From: Octopus vulgaris
Lineage: Eukaryota
Direction: 5' to 3'
Assembly: GCA_951406725.2 (NCBI GenBank)
Contig: OX597820.1
Coordinates: 123,008,001-123,072,000, forward strand
Length of the DNA stretch: 64,000 nt
How positions within the stretch are numbered: the stretch's first letter is position 1; each line of letters opens with the position of its first letter. Of the stretch, positions 12,550 through 24,179 are shown one piece after another. Both the position numbers and the translations under genes were made by a program. The notes beneath the pieces were generated by a model. The model saw only the letters and a list, made by a program, of their open reading frames with translations. It searched no databases and had not been told where the DNA came from.

Positions 12550-12910
12550 TGTAGTTGTAGTTGTAGTAGTAGTAGTTGTAGTTGTAGTAGTAGTTGTAGT
12601 TGTAGTAGTAGTAGCTGTAGTTGTAGTGGTAGTAGTAGTAGTAGTAGTGGTAGTTGTAGTAGTAGTAGTTGTAGTTGTAGTAGTAGTAGCTGTAGTTGTA
12701 GTAGTAGTTGTAGTAGTAGTAGTAGCTGTAGTTGTTGTAGTAGTAGTAGTAGTAGTAGTAGTAGTTGTAGTAGTAGTAGTTGTAGTTGTAGTAGTAGTAG
12801 TAGCTGTAGTTGTAGTAGTAGTAGTTGTAGTTGTAGTAGTAGTAGTAGCTGTAGTTGTAGTAGTAGTAGTTGTAGTTGTAGTAGTAGTAGTAGTTGTAGT
12901 AGCAGCAGCA
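12497..12910. repeat. Compound (GTA/GTT/GCT)n trinucleotide array, about 410 bp
   Basis: Directly visible. Confidence 0.95.
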
Positions 12911-13060
12911 GCCAGGGAAAATAAAAAGTGCCAGATAATTGACTTTACAGTCCCACATGTTGAAAAAGTCAATAGACAAAGAGAGCAAAGAACCATGACC
13001 TCGCCATTGAATGGATAATGGAAATAGTCATTAACCCTAGTTTAGTGCAGCACAAAATAG

Positions 13061-13478
13061 GGATCTTTACGGTTTGAACGGCAGTTTTAACATAATTTCT
13101 AGGTAACTAAAAAATTTTAAACTTCGTATACTGGTAGACTGTGTTTATAAAACATCTTTTTCTCTTGGCTTTATTGAGAAAATTCTATAGTTTGTAAGAT
13201 ATTTGTTGGTTTTTTTCTTCAATTTCTGCAATTTCAACCAATCAATGACGTCTATTGAGGTAAAATAAAATATTCTGTGACGTATGAATATGTCCCTCGT
13301 TTAAGAAACAGATTGGGTTCATTTACATTTGTGAAGAAAAAAAGATACCCTTCCCCCACCCCTAACCCTAACCCTAAAACAGATTGAAATGCAATAGATC
13401 GATACTAGGGTCATAATTATGGGTGACAATTTCATATGACGCCGCTAGAAAAAACTGCCGTTCAAACCGAAAATATCC
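13061..13478. mobile_element. Non-autonomous TIR element (MITE), 8-bp TSD, GG termini (Merlin-like)
   Basis: TIR GGATCTTT(A/T)CGGTTTGAACGGCAGTTTT of about 28 bp; TSD CAAAATAG (13053-13060 / 13479-13486); second copy inverted at 51628-52051. Confidence 0.9.
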
Positions 13479-13691
13479 CAAAATAGTATTATTCGAGATA
13501 GCTAGGGTACTTAGGAAGTTTCTTGGCATCTAAGATTACTTGTAGCACGACGTCAGGATTTTTTCCCAACAGTCTGATCTGTTGTGCGCAAATGAAATAA
13601 TAATAGTCCTTCAGTTCTATATTTAAGAGATGAGGAATTATGTACATTATTTACATTTGACGGATATTTGTCTTCATCTTGTTTATTGTTT

Positions 13692-13735
13692 ACACATCGT
13701 TTCGGCTGTATACCCTCCAAGCCTTCATCAGGTGT
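13692..13735 (-). ncRNA. Minimal hammerhead-like motif with mutated cleavage triplet, in a short repeat (about 13597-13790)
   Basis: Minus strand ACAC-CUGAUGA-A-GGCU...AGCC-GAAAC-GAU-GUGU. Stems I and II pair; the triplet is GAU instead of GUH. Confidence 0.6.
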
Positions 13736-13792
13736 CTTGGGGAAATTTCGAACCTGGGTTCTCATTCCTAAGGTATTTTTCGATGTTCGGTA

Positions 13793-14660
13793 GTAGTTCC
13801 ACTCTAGCATTCTATAGAGGGCTAGTGAAAGAAAAGTGCGACGACGTTCTCGAGGAAACTCTAGGCGCTGACGATAACGAGCTGAGCAGTCTGTTTGGAA
13901 GAACTTTCGGGCCGGGGCCAATGGATAATTTCCAGAGGTCCCTCGCCTGGCAGTGTTACCGAGGGGCTCTGCCTGTTCGAGATAAACTCTACCGGCACGG
14001 AAGTGCCGTCAACCGGACCTGCCCGAGGTGCTGCCAGGACGACGAAACCGTTCTGCACGCACTCGTCCAGTGTCCAAGTATTGCTGAACTATAGGTTTAT
14101 GTCAAACAGTTACTGTCGCGTATAGGACGGATCCGGTTATGAGCTGAATCCATAGTGAAGATTGCCCGCCGACCTCCTTTAACCGGGAGGGCAAGGCAGT
14201 TTTCCTTTGCCTAGTGGCTGTAGCGAAAGAGGTGGTATGGTGGACCCGTTTGAAAGGGCTAAGGTCAGACACTTTCCTCTTTGGCCCAGGCCTCATCAAC
14301 TTTTTCAAGTTTCACTTGAAAAGGAAGATGAGAGTAGAGAGGGAAGTGCTGTCCGATAGCAAGTTTACTGAAAGGTGGATAAATGTCGCAAGAATGGCCA
14401 GTATGAAAGAAGCCATTCTGAGGATACACCTGTAAGAAAAAGGTATTACAAAAGGGGAAAGGGGCTCTCTATACCTCCATCCTTTTTACCAGGCTCCCGT
14501 GGCTTTTATGGATTTTTCCACCAGGAACCTTTCGAAGCGCTTCCCCCTATTGGGAGTTTTTCATTGTTATAATTTTTCGTTGTTACACTGTTTTTACACG
14601 GATTTTTACATTATGCTATAATTAATTGTTGTCAGCCATTGTGGCCAATAAAAGAATTAA
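13793..14660 (+). mobile_element. L1/Tx1-clade LINE, 5'-truncated 3' end
   Basis: AWQCYRGALPVRDKL...TCPRCCQDDETVLHALVQC (zf-RVT CCHC), ORF2 end at 14435, 3' UTR ending TGTGGCCAATAAAAGAATT followed by (ATT)n. Confidence 0.85.
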
Positions 14661-14733
14661 TTATTATTATCATTGATTTGATTTTGATTTTTCCAGTTTC
14701 GGCTAATGAGCTGTGGCCATGCTGGGGCACCGC

Positions 14734-14788
<55 letters not shown>

Positions 14789-14811
14789 ACTACTACTACT
14801 ACTACTACTAC

Positions 14812-14876
<65 letters not shown>

Positions 14877-15754
14877 TCAATATATATTGATATTAAAACC
14901 GACATAACTGTCCGATACAGTGATGTTTTGAAATTTCACCAAGGTCAACCTTGATATTCAATCTTCCAGATGGATAGAAAAAGTTACTGTAAAACTAGGG
15001 TAAACACAATGGAATGTTCTCTCGGTCTATTTTTGTGTCTTACTGCTTAAGTTAAAAATCTTTTAATAGTTCGAAGTGTTTAAATATTAAAGTTAATTCT
15101 AATTCCCAGTGAATCATAGATGTTTCGACATGGCCAATGTAATCAAACAGCGCAATAACCAGCAATCAAAGGCATTGTTGCTTTATTAATAGGGCTGTTG
15201 TCGCTGTTTTTATAGATGCCGTCGTATCTGATGTTTCTTTTTTTTTACCTGTTTATTGTAGTTCTACGAAAGGATAATTAATAATACGAATAATTGTGAG
15301 AATGTCATTGTTATTACTCTTGCCTTTAATATTGATCAATTAATCAATTTATTATTTAAGTCTAAAAAATGAGATAATCAAAGAAATGTGCAGCACATAC
15401 CTGCATACAAACAGCTACAGTATCTACCTCACCTTCTATTTAGAGCAAACGAGCGCGTACACAGATGCACGTACACACGCGCACACGCCCATACACATGA
15501 GCACAAACGCACACAAACACATACAAACACACGCACACACACACAAGCATGCACAGAATTTGAGGTCCAATGATTGCTATACAAAGCTGTAGAAATATCT
15601 GTGTCGACCAATGCAAGTCAAATGCTTTCAACATAGAAAACGCAGGAGTGTTTTGTATGAGTGAAACGTATATAAGTACATACACACACTCACACACGCA
15701 TATGTGTATATATACAGATTCATAACTACCTCTCTCTCTCTCTCTCTCTCTCCC

Positions 15755-15811
<57 letters not shown>

Positions 15812-15995
15812 TTATCTATTTATCTATATATCTATCTATCTGCACACACAGGCACACAAATTTCAGAAGGTTATATGTATGCGTGCGTATACACACACCC
15901 GGTCGCACACAGGGATTAAACAAGTGTTTGTGTCAATATATGCAAATAGATGTTAATGTATATGTATATATTATGTGTTGAGTTAGTGTGTGTGT

Positions 15996-16031
<36 letters not shown>

Positions 16032-16339
16032 AGGAGAGCGTGTAGGAGAGCGTGTATAAACTCGTGAGTGCTTCTTACCTCTTCCTTTCGTTTTCAATAT
16101 TCTCTTTTGAAGTGGCTTTTAACTTTTAATTGGTTTAATTACAATAAATTGTTTACGCTGCCTAACTATGTTATTGATTTCCAAACCAAATGCACATACA
16201 CAAACTGCTTATTCACCTACACACTCACGGGTGCACATGAAGTACATACAAGCATTTGAAAATGTTTGCATACACATTCGCTCTCACGCACATACGCCTA
16301 TAAAGCTATTCCTACCGCTCTCTCTCTCTCTCTCTCTCC

Positions 16340-16402
<63 letters not shown>

Positions 16403-16406
16403 TATA

Positions 16407-16985
16407 TAGGATGCGGTGAATAAACTGTCGTCTAAATTACGCAAATTTGAAAATAAAACTGACATCTCATTTTAACCGATATATTTACCAAAACTACACA
16501 AAATACTAAAGAGTAAATTCATTTTAAAAAATCGCCATTGGGTTCGACCACAGCCTCCAGGCGACTTCGGAATCTCCTGCAACTCTTCTGGAACGGTCTC
16601 CTTGTTTAAGTTGGTGAATGTTGTCATAATATTTGCCTTCAGTTCATCTTTGGTGTTACAAGTTTTGTTGGTCTCTCGCTCAACTGCATCCCACAATAAT
16701 AATCAGATGTTAGGGGTGATGTAATCTCAGAAATTGTCTGATTGCAATGACTGGGTTCTCCTGCTTGTGTGGCATGGTGCAGAGTCTTGTTTCCAGTCAT
16801 AGGGTCTTAGCCACTCTCTTGACTCGGGGCAGCACTACCTCCTGCAGGAAATTGAAGTAGGTCTCCGCGTTGAGTCTGAAGACGTGTGGAAAGATGAATG
16901 GAGGCATAACGTCGCCATCACAATTTATCTCTCCAAACACTATGGTGTTGACTGGATGTTTGATTTTTATCATTCTCGGTACGTG
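16407..16985 (-). mobile_element. Tc1/mariner-superfamily (maT-like) transposase 3' fragment with terminus
   Basis: Minus-strand peptides KHPVNTIVFG, GDVMPPF, KQDSAPCHTSRRTQS, DYYCGM/WDAVERETNK, SRLEAVVE; ends at TA. Confidence 0.8.
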
Positions 16986-17065
16986 TCAACAGATTGTACT
17001 GTCCTCAGATTGACACCCACCAGGAGCGAAAGGAGTATGTATGCAACGCATGCACTGCATGCTTT

Positions 17066-17372
17066 GGAGGCATATGGCCTAGTGGTTAGAGCAGCGGACT
17101 AGCGGTCGAGGGATTGCGGGTTCGAATCTCAGACCGGGCGATGTGTGTGTTTATGAGCGAAAACACCTAAGCTCCACGCAGCTCCAGCAGAAGGTAATGG
17201 CGAAACCTCTGCTGACTCTTTCGCCACAACTTTCTCTCACTCTTTCCTCTTGCAGCTCACCTGCGATGGACCGGCGTCCCATCCAGGTGGGGAACCTATA
17301 CGCCAAGAAACCGGGAAAACGGCCCTTATGAGCCCGGCATGGCTCGAGAAGGAACAAACAAAACAACAAATA
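17066..17372 (+). mobile_element. SINE family B (tRNA head)
   Basis: A box TGGCCTAGTGG, B box GGTTCGAATC, (AAAC)n-type tail; TSD CATGCTTT (17058-17065 / 17373-17380). Confidence 0.9.
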
Positions 17373-18574
17373 CATGCTTTACTTTTTTCCCCGGATGAAT
17401 AATTTTTGTGTAATATAATATTAATTATTGATAATTTTCACTAACCTCATTGCCCTTGTGGTATCTTATCGTATTCTCCATTCCTTCATTTCTTAGTATA
17501 AATCATAAACAATCGATATTATTTAAAAAGTCTAAGTGGAAAAACATCCTGTTTTGTTAGTGAGAAAAGAAAGCAATGAATTAATTGCTCTCCTCTTCAC
17601 TTTAAGCAGGGAGCATGAAGGGAGAGTAAAACAAATGAGAGAAAAGGAGAGCTAAGCAAATGAGTAAATGGCAAAGCAAGCAGAGTTTTTCTTCTTTTAG
17701 GTGTTATTTTGTTCGTATTTTATTATTCTCTCCGAAAAGCGAGGTGAGAACGAGAGACAAGAGGAAAAACTTGGATGTCACAAAGAGCAAGGCAGTGAAT
17801 AGCATTTTCTTTACTGCTTGCTTCCAGCCAGCAGAGACTCTGTCAACGTATTCTTGTTTAAGCACCCCATTTAAGCTCTCATTACATTTTTTTATCCATT
17901 GGAATTTTTCAGAAATTTTTTGCAATTTTTTTTTTATACGTGCGGTAATTTATACAATTACACAAAAGTTTCTTTTTTGTGTGTTTGATTTAAAGGCGAT
18001 TTAGCTGTTGCTTTTAGCACATTGCACAATCACTTGATACCTTCTAGTGTCTCTGCCACTCTGACGTGTATCTGTTTTTCAATATTTTTTTCTCCCCATA
18101 AACACATTTAATCGAATGATGATGCACACAACGTGGTCCACTGCAGGGATTTAAACAAAAAATTACGCAGTCCGTATTTTAAACTCTGATTTTTTTTTTA
18201 AATTCGAAAAAGAGTGAAACTTTTAAAGATTTGTGGCTTTTTAAAGCATGAAAGGAAAAAGATTGCTTCTTCCATAATCGCAAGAATTTCTGTTTATACA
18301 ATAGAAATTCGAAACATTTTTCTGAAAATTCTGGAAAATAAAAAAATTATGATGGATTATATGAGTTACTTAACCAGAATTCTTTTGAAGCGGTGATGTT
18401 ATTACTGCCTTGTGAGGCAAATTCCAAAAAATTGCCAATTCAAAGGACTTTAAACTTTCCTCATTGTTTGAGAGACTCGAACGAGAAATGGATGTTTAGT
18501 CATTCTCCACGTTTGCTTTATTGCTGGGTTTGCTTTATTACGTACAATTTTTTGGGCATCGAAGAATATACATT

Positions 18575-18785
18575 ATTATCTTTTACTTCTTTTAGTCATT
18601 AGACTGCGGCCATACCGGGGAATCGCTTTGAAGAATTTTTATTGGAATTAAACGAACCAGTACTCTTTTATAAAGTCTGGTACTTATTCTATCGGTCTTA
18701 TTTGCACGAGCGCTAAATTATGCAAACGCATCAATACTGGTTGTCAAGAGGTGGAGCGGGGGCTGAACAAACACAGACACAAACA
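18575..18785 (-). mobile_element. Older SINE (family A-related) 3' half
   Basis: AGTCATTAGACTGCGGCCAT...GTACTTATTCTATCGGTCT...GGTTGTCAAG, diverged from family A. Confidence 0.7.
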
Positions 18786-18853
18786 CACATACACACATAC
18801 ACACACTTAAGTCTCTCTGTCTCTCCATTTCTCGCTCTCTCTCTCTCTCTCAG

Positions 18854-18915
<62 letters not shown>

Positions 18916-18919
18916 TTTT

Positions 18920-19284
18920 ATTCGTTTACTTGTTTCAGTTGTTTGATCGCGGCCATTCTGGAGCAAATCAACCCCAGGACTTTTTTGTAAGCCTAGTACT
19001 TATTCAATCGGTCACTTATGCCGAACCGTTACGTTACGGGGACGTAAATACACCAACATCGGTTGTCAAGCGATGTTGAGGCGACAAACACAAACACAAA
19101 CATATACATATATATATACATATATACGACGGGTTTCTTTCAGTTTCCGTCTACCGAATCCACTAACAAGGCTTTGGTCGGCCCGAGGCTATAGTAGAAA
19201 ACACTTGCCCAAGGTGCCACGTAGTGGGACTGAACCCGGAACCATGTGCTTGGTAAGCAAGCTACTTACCACACAGCCACTCCT

Positions 19285-19288
<4 letters not shown>
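18920..19288 (-). mobile_element. SINE family A
   Basis: Reverse complement of the family A consensus. Confidence 0.9.
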
Positions 19289-19369
<81 letters not shown>

Positions 19370-19378
19370 CAATTGTAT

Positions 19379-19881
19379 TGTAAGTAGGATGGACCAAGAG
19401 GTTAACTGTAAGGTAAGGAATGTAGTGTATAGCTTATGATGGACTGAGGGACGATACAGAAACATGACAACTACTTAGAATGCAGAGACAGCACGTAGCA
19501 TAGGAGAGTGTATAGATGACCATTGGCGAGAGCACACAGAGAAGAAAGGTTCGTCAGTGCTCTACCAACATGCTCAAGCAGAACATAGAGGCTCAGTCAA
19601 TAGCATAGAGATCAAAGTATTATTAACGTATAGAACTAACACGCCACTTTGATAAGAGAGGCTACACACATAACAATTGACAGACCGAGCCTCAGATGAA
19701 AACACGAATGGAATAATAGCACCAACCACCACACCACACCACACACGACGACTAAAGACTGAAGGGAGAAAACTCCAAATACAAACAGCGTAATGCACAT
19801 ACAATAGACATATATGTACATACCTGTGATAAATATTAAAAAATATATATACGTAAAAACTGTATAAAGGGCATGGTTACA
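19379..19881. repeat. LTR-like repeat; 19437-19705 is duplicated at 22065-22334
   Basis: Near-identical direct copy of about 270 bp lying 2.6 kb downstream; this segment is bounded by TGTAA...TTACA, but no TSD is seen. Confidence 0.5.
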
Positions 19882-20407
19882 AACAACATAGGAAGCGAAC
19901 CCATATAGACACATGAACACACATACTTCACAGACAGCCGCAACAATTTCAACAAAACGACAAACAATGTCAACAACAACAACTACTACTACAACAACTG
20001 CCACGATAGCAGCAGCATGGGCGAACGCACAAACACAGGGAGATACGAGAACGGTACAGCAAGTCGGGTTCAAGGGCTTCAGCAGCGGCAAAAGGTAAGG
20101 GGATGTGGATGAGGGGAGGGTTATATTGCTACTAAGAACAATGATACACACACACACACACATACATGTACACACAAATAAACACAGACACATACGCATA
20201 TAAGGATACAAATGATAGAACAGAATGGAATAAGCAGAACAAGAGAACACGCTAAAACGGAAGTGCCGCTGAGATGGTCGCTGATGTGTGACAAATGATT
20301 TCCGGACAAAGGACATGAGTTAGAATAAGAACAGTTGCAAACGCGTATATATGTATATATGTATGTATATATGTATATATGTATATATATGTGTATCTAT
20401 ATATGTA

Positions 20408-20487
<80 letters not shown>

Positions 20488-20529
20488 CACATATATATAT
20501 ATTGTACTCTTCATACACTTCAATTAGCG

Positions 20530-21200
20530 CTTTCATACGTTTGTAGCAATCATCAGATTTCAAAATCTATTTAACTGACAGTTGAGTTCTTGACAACTGT
20601 AGTAAAATGACTGATTTCTTCCTTTTTATACGTCTTAGAAGTCTTCAAGAAGCTGAATATTTGGTATGCGGTTTTGACCAATCCGCATGCAGCTTAAACT
20701 TCATGGTTTGCCGGGCGCACCGATATTACTGGCATCTGTCTATATTTTAACTAATTAGCTTGCGGTTTAGGTGTAATGGTTTTATGAGTGAGCAAACTTG
20801 GTTGGTCTCGATCGTTTTTATTTCAATTTGTGGAAGTTTATATTCGTATGTTAAAGTCGACACACCAAATCGGGCAAAGATGTTGAATGTCTCTTGTTGA
20901 TTTTCTTGAACTTGGTGGCATGGTTGCAATAACGATCCTGGAATGAATCAGCCGTTTGCCCTATGTAAATGTAAGTTCTTCCCCTTGTGTGTGTGGTACA
21001 TTTATGTACAAGATTCGTACTCACACAGAGGTTTGTCAATGGGCATTTTGATTTTTCTCTGCATGAATATTTATTAGATTTAGTTGCATATGGGGCTGCT
21101 CAAGCTTCATTTCCCGACCTTGTGAACGGGCTGGCGATATCGCTATATTTGCAAAAATATACATCAAAATACCAAGAAAGTAGGTATAAAACAGAATGAA
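20530..21200 (-). mobile_element. Penelope-like GIY-YIG endonuclease fragment
   Basis: RGRTYIYIGQTADSF..RYCNHATKFKKINKRHSTSL..LVCRL. Confidence 0.75.
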
Positions 21201-21254
21201 AAACGCCCGCTGCGGCTGCATCGTGACGCGAGCAATAATGGCAATTGTAATACG

Positions 21255-21357
21255 GATGAAAGGCAGTATCGACTTCGGTGGAATTTGAACTCAGACTGTA
21301 GAGATGGATGAAATGACGCTCACCAATTTGTCTAACGATTCTGCCAGCTCACCTCCT
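21255..21357 (-). mobile_element. SINE family C 5' fragment (diverged)
   Basis: GGATGAAAGGC...GGAATTTGAACTCAGA...TCTGCCAGCTC. Confidence 0.7.
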
Positions 21358-21393
21358 TATATGTATACAAATAGCGATATCTAAAAGCAAATA

Positions 21394-21450
<57 letters not shown>

Positions 21451-21517
21451 GTGTGGTAAGTAGCTTCTAACCAACCACATGGTTCTCTCTCTCATCTCTC
21501 TCTCTCTCTCTCTCGTA

Positions 21518-21579
<62 letters not shown>

Positions 21580-21630
21580 TATACATACATATATGGCCGC
21601 AGTCAAATGACACAAGTAAAGAGTAAAAGA

Positions 21631-21667
<37 letters not shown>

Positions 21668-22064
21668 CATATATATATTATCGGATGGTCGTAAGCTAGT
21701 TCATTAATTGGAATTATTTCCAAAGATTTCTAATGTCTTTTCGTCCTACTTTAGTTTTGAATTCATATGAATTCGTATAGGTATGAAAACTTGTATAGAA
21801 ATAATCAGTATATGATTTAACTTATCAAACAACGTTCAACAAATTCATTCATATTTATGAAATGGCGGAGATAAGATATCAAAATGGATTATAGTTTTTA
21901 GTTTTCATGTTGCTATACAATTGTTTCATTCAAAAAGATTCAGATATTCATAAATAGAAAATCGTAATAGTGATATTTGTACTCGTTAGCAGCTGATATA
22001 AAAACTGAAAAAGACGTTTGAAGTACATAGATTTTGTCTTATTTATCACTTTGCGATTAGTGCA

Positions 22065-22334
22065 TGATGGACTGAGGGACGATACAGAAACATGACAACT
22101 ACTTAGAATGCAGAGACAGCACGTAACATAGGAGAGTGTATAGATGACCATTGGCGAGAGCACACAGAAGAGAAAGGCTCGTCAGTGCTCTACCAACATG
22201 CTCAAGCAGAACATAGAGGCTCAGTCAATAGCATAGAGATCAAAGTATTATCAACGCATAGAACTAACACGACACTTTGATAAGAGAGGCTACACACATA
22301 ACAATTGACAGACCGAGCCTCAGCTGAAAACACG
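22065..22334. repeat. Direct copy of 19437-19705
   Basis: TGATGGACTGAGGGACGATACAG...CCTCAG.TGAAAACACG with only a few differences. Confidence 0.9.
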
Positions 22335-22949
22335 TTCTTGCAGTCTTGGCTATTTGAATCAAACAGACATGACTCCAAGAACGAAGATACACTAATCCCA
22401 AAATGATAACAATGAGAAAATCATCTTTTTCAGTTTTTATATCGGCTACTGATATTGTTTGGTGGATTATTGCTACAACAAATGGGCATTTATTTCATAA
22501 TTATTATTTTGTTTTTAAAAGGAAACGTTAAAAAGAAGACATATTTTCTCTTTTTGAGAGAACTGAATGAATGTTGCATGAAAAGTAAGGTTCCCCACCC
22601 CAGTGGAAATATATGTAATTAATTGAGTGGATATACATTGCGGTCACGGCCTCAGCTTGAAGTCTGTATTCATTATATTACACGCTGATTACATCATTCA
22701 TTGAAGTATTTTTAGTATATTTTTGTTTGTTTTTGTTTTTTTTTACAGGCCACAATTTTTTACTTGATAATGTATTATATTCTTCAACGTAATTAATCCC
22801 AGAATATAATTATAAATTATTTCATTGATGCTATTCAAAGGAACAAAGTCAACACCGATGTTATTTGGATTGATTAAATTTATTGCTGCTATACAATTAG
22901 TCCATTTTCATAGATTTGATCCAATGATGAATTTAACAATAACCTTTTT

Positions 22950-23132
22950 TTTTTACTACCCACAAGGGGCTAAACGTAGAGATGACAAACAAGGATAGAC
23001 GAACGGATTAAGTCGATTGCGTAACTGGTACTTTAATCGACCCCGAAAGGATGAAAGGCAAAGTCAACCTCAGCGGAATTTGAATTCAGAACGTAACGGC
23101 AGATGAAATACCGCAAAGCATTTCTCCCGGCC
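22950..23132 (-). mobile_element. SINE family C, truncated
   Basis: Matches 10621-10853. Confidence 0.8.
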
Positions 23133-23444
23133 TTCATCCTTTCACTTGAAAGAAATTAGACTAAGTCCCAGGTTTGAGGGAAAAGATGCACTACTACTTA
23201 TCGGAGAGCCAGGGTACCATGGTTTATTTTCGCCCACCTATCTGAGAGACTCTGCGAAAGTTTATGGCTTTCCACGCCAGACTAAGCCATTAAAGTCTTT
23301 CCTTCTGCAGCTCATTTCACTATCATTTTAATATTGCATAAAATAAAGAAACCTAGAGACAACAGCAGCAGAAAAACCAAGATACAGAAAATAATGTGTG
23401 TATGTGCGTGTATATATACATACATACATACATACATACATACA

Positions 23445-23480
<36 letters not shown>

Positions 23481-23560
23481 TACCGGAGTAAACACATAAA
23501 TGTGAAACAAGGTGGAAAAAAGAGCACTGAAATACCAGTGGTAGAGTAATATGCTTTATT

Positions 23561-23739
23561 TAAAGCAGCAGAAAATTCAACAAAACTTGTTACTCTGAGT
23601 TTCACGTTCGTTCGTCGGACAGTTTTTGCTAGAATAGAACCGATATGTCAATTGACATATCGGTTCTATTCTAGCAAAAACTGTCCGACGAAGGAACGTG
23701 AAACTCATAACAAGTTTTGTTGAATTTTCTGCTGCTTTA
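23561..23739. repeat. Spacerless palindrome of about 180 bp with one hammerhead-like motif per arm
   Basis: Centre GTCAA|TTGAC at 23651/23652; the arms differ by one substitution and a 3-nt indel. Each arm reads outward AAAACUGU-CCGACGA-A(C/G)GAACGU-GAAAC-...-ACAAGUUUU. Confidence 0.9.
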
Positions 23740-23740
23740 G

Positions 23741-23790
<50 letters not shown>

Positions 23791-23835
23791 TTTGTTGTGC
23801 AAGATTTTTTATGTGAAGTCGTGTGTTGAAACAGA

Positions 23836-24003
23836 TATTGTTATATTTCGGAATGGTCATTTTGCTAGTTTAGCCAATAAACTCTGGCCGAAATAAGATT
23901 AAGATTAATGTAAAAAATAAATAACACTGAAGCAAAATAACACCAAATATATAGTGCGTGTGTTTTTATTGGCTAAACTGGCAAAATGACCATTCCGAAA
24001 TAT

Positions 24004-24010
<7 letters not shown>
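23836..24010. repeat. 46-bp inverted repeat with a spacer of about 83 bp
   Basis: TATTGTTATATTTCGGAATGGTCATTTTGCTAGTTTAGCCAATAAA and its reverse complement at 23965-24010, one mismatch. Confidence 0.9.
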
Positions 24011-24042
<32 letters not shown>

Positions 24043-24093
24043 GTGTAGGAAGAAATGGAGCTGAACAAAGATTTAACAAAATTCCTTTTTATT

Positions 24094-24179
24094 ATTTTCT
24101 ACATATGTTTCAGAGGCTGCAAAGTCCCTAATTCGGATTGAATAAGGAGTCCATTTTGCAGCCTTCTCTTCAGGGAAAT
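24094..24179 (-). ncRNA. Type I hammerhead ribozyme motif, intact core
   Basis: Minus strand AUUUCC-CUGAAGA-GA-AGGCUGCAAA...UUUGCAGCCU-CU-GAAAC-AUAU-GUA^GAAAAU. Perfect 10-bp stem II, palindromic stem III ACAUAUGU, stem I 5 of 6 bp. Confidence 0.8.

Larger units (their letters stand above)
11800..13560 (+). mobile_element. R4/Dong-like (RLE-type) non-LTR retrotransposon relic, interrupted by a SINE, a microsatellite and a MITE
   Basis: RT motifs SYKY..VLES and RKLRKSKQNGPNLVKAVNT; restriction-like endonuclease motif RRPNLVV..ENKKCQIIDFTVP; C-terminal ARVLRKFLG. Confidence 0.7.

Noticed and set aside
17066-17140. tRNA-like genes at SINE heads (also 29771, about 3650-3720 and the family A heads)
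   Set aside because: They continue into SINE bodies and tails, some with TSDs; not independent tRNA genes.
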